From positions 310,001 to 374,000 of the forward strand of contig LSRY02000043.1 of assembly GCA_001643675.2 (NCBI GenBank): DNA of 64,000 nt, given 5' to 3'. The DNA comes from Monocercomonoides exilis PA203 (taxonomy: Eukaryota; Protista; Preaxostyla). A program made the position numbers and the translations under genes. Of this stretch, positions 63,081 through 64,000 are shown piece by piece; position 1 is the first letter of the stretch, and the number at the start of each line of letters is the position of its first letter. The notes beneath the pieces were generated by a model. The model had not been told where the DNA came from, made no database searches, and saw nothing but the letters and a program-made list of their open reading frames with translations.

Positions 63081-64000
63081 TAGCTTTGTAATAAATCAGA
63101 AATGCTTAGTTCTAAATACACAGATAAGATTTATGGTACAAATAAATATTTTTTTTCGATAGAAATTATTTTGTAAATAATTTTTAAAAAAAAAATGAGA
63201 TTTGACTTATTATGCACAAATATTTGACCTTAATTGATTACAAAAATAATAATTTAATTTTCTGAAGAATGAATTATCTTTTTTGTAATTAATGAATAAA
63301 AAAACCTAAATATTGATAAGATGAAAATTCATTTATTTCATTTTGTAAAAATCTAAAATTATTGTCGTTGTTATTATAAGAACTTTAACAAATTAATTCT
63401 ATAAATTTTCAAGTGTTAGATCAATTTGAATTTTGTCCAACTTTTTTGAATTGACTGAATCAATTCTGATTTGGCTTAATCTTGTTTGTTATCAAGAAAT
63501 AAAAATTTATGTATCAAATTTGATCATATTTGTTAAATATTTGACTTGTATTTTGATGTTAAGCAATATATGTATATCAACATTTTCATCCGTTATTCGC
63601 ATGGCAGTTTGTTATATATAGTTGGTATGCATTTAGCTCTTCAATGCGAAAAAGTCCGAAAATATTGATGTTATTTTTATTGTTTTATTGTGCGCAATAA
63701 CAAATTGCGAATCTTTTTGCTCCTTCAAACTTTTATAATCAACGATTTTTTTCAAATTCTCCTAATCTTATATTTCTCCTTCGCTTTACTTATGTTTTTG
63801 ATATTTACTAAGTGTTTCAACAAAATTTTCGTTGCAGATAAAATTTTTAAAAACTATTTTCGTTATCTATTAATATATTTCTTATTTTAAAAGCTGTTAA
63901 TAGCATTGTGAAGTTTATATAAATATCGATAGTGATTGTTTTTTGGATTTCTGGTGCTTTTCAAAATTCGTTTATATGTTACCATTAATAACCTTTAGCA

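Noticed and set aside
1-64000. Non-standard genetic code (TAA/TAG = Gln, as in some oxymonads)
   Set aside because: Conserved proteins end at expected positions with TAA (Ariadne, striatin) and TAG (SEC23, ATG4), and conserved exons contain no in-frame TAR codons.
63100-64000. Short AT-rich ORFs at the window end
   Set aside because: No homology or consistent exon structure that I can support.

Overview
Eukaryotic, AT-rich, intron-rich, gene-dense protist DNA read in the standard genetic code (conserved genes end at their homologous positions with TAA, TAG or TGA). The very long (TCT)n/(GAA)n low-complexity tracts, short GT-AG introns and the gene at 51.9-53.3 kb resemble the oxymonad Monocercomonoides; this assignment is my inference, not a search result. 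I could assemble about 20 protein genes by hand: a CH-domain gene (3' part), a BORCS6/BLOC-1-like subunit, a TVP15/COPI-associated protein, a G3BP/Bre5-like protein, DPH1, an Ariadne RBR ligase, a PACRG-like protein, a single-BIR survivin-like protein, ATG4, a ~4,130-aa protein with a longin-like N-terminus, striatin, SEC23, a PPIL2-type cyclophilin, PP6c, a Cdc25/Acr2-like rhodanese and several hypotheticals. There is also an intron-containing tRNA-Tyr(GTA) and an inverted pseudogene. Most notable: (1) repeated GC/CpG-rich islands where the sequence switches from C-rich to G-rich, visible at synonymous sites and in introns; (2) conserved folds (ATG4, striatin, DPH1, a zinc finger) split by large microsatellite-like Ser/Glu inserts; (3) a PPIL2 without its U-box, a PP6 ending in YFM with YRSG, and a rhodanese with CxxC in its catalytic loop; (4) a possible BIR-ATG4 joined transcript; (5) frequent AAG splice acceptors. 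No CRISPR, rRNA or transposase was seen. All exon boundaries were read by eye.
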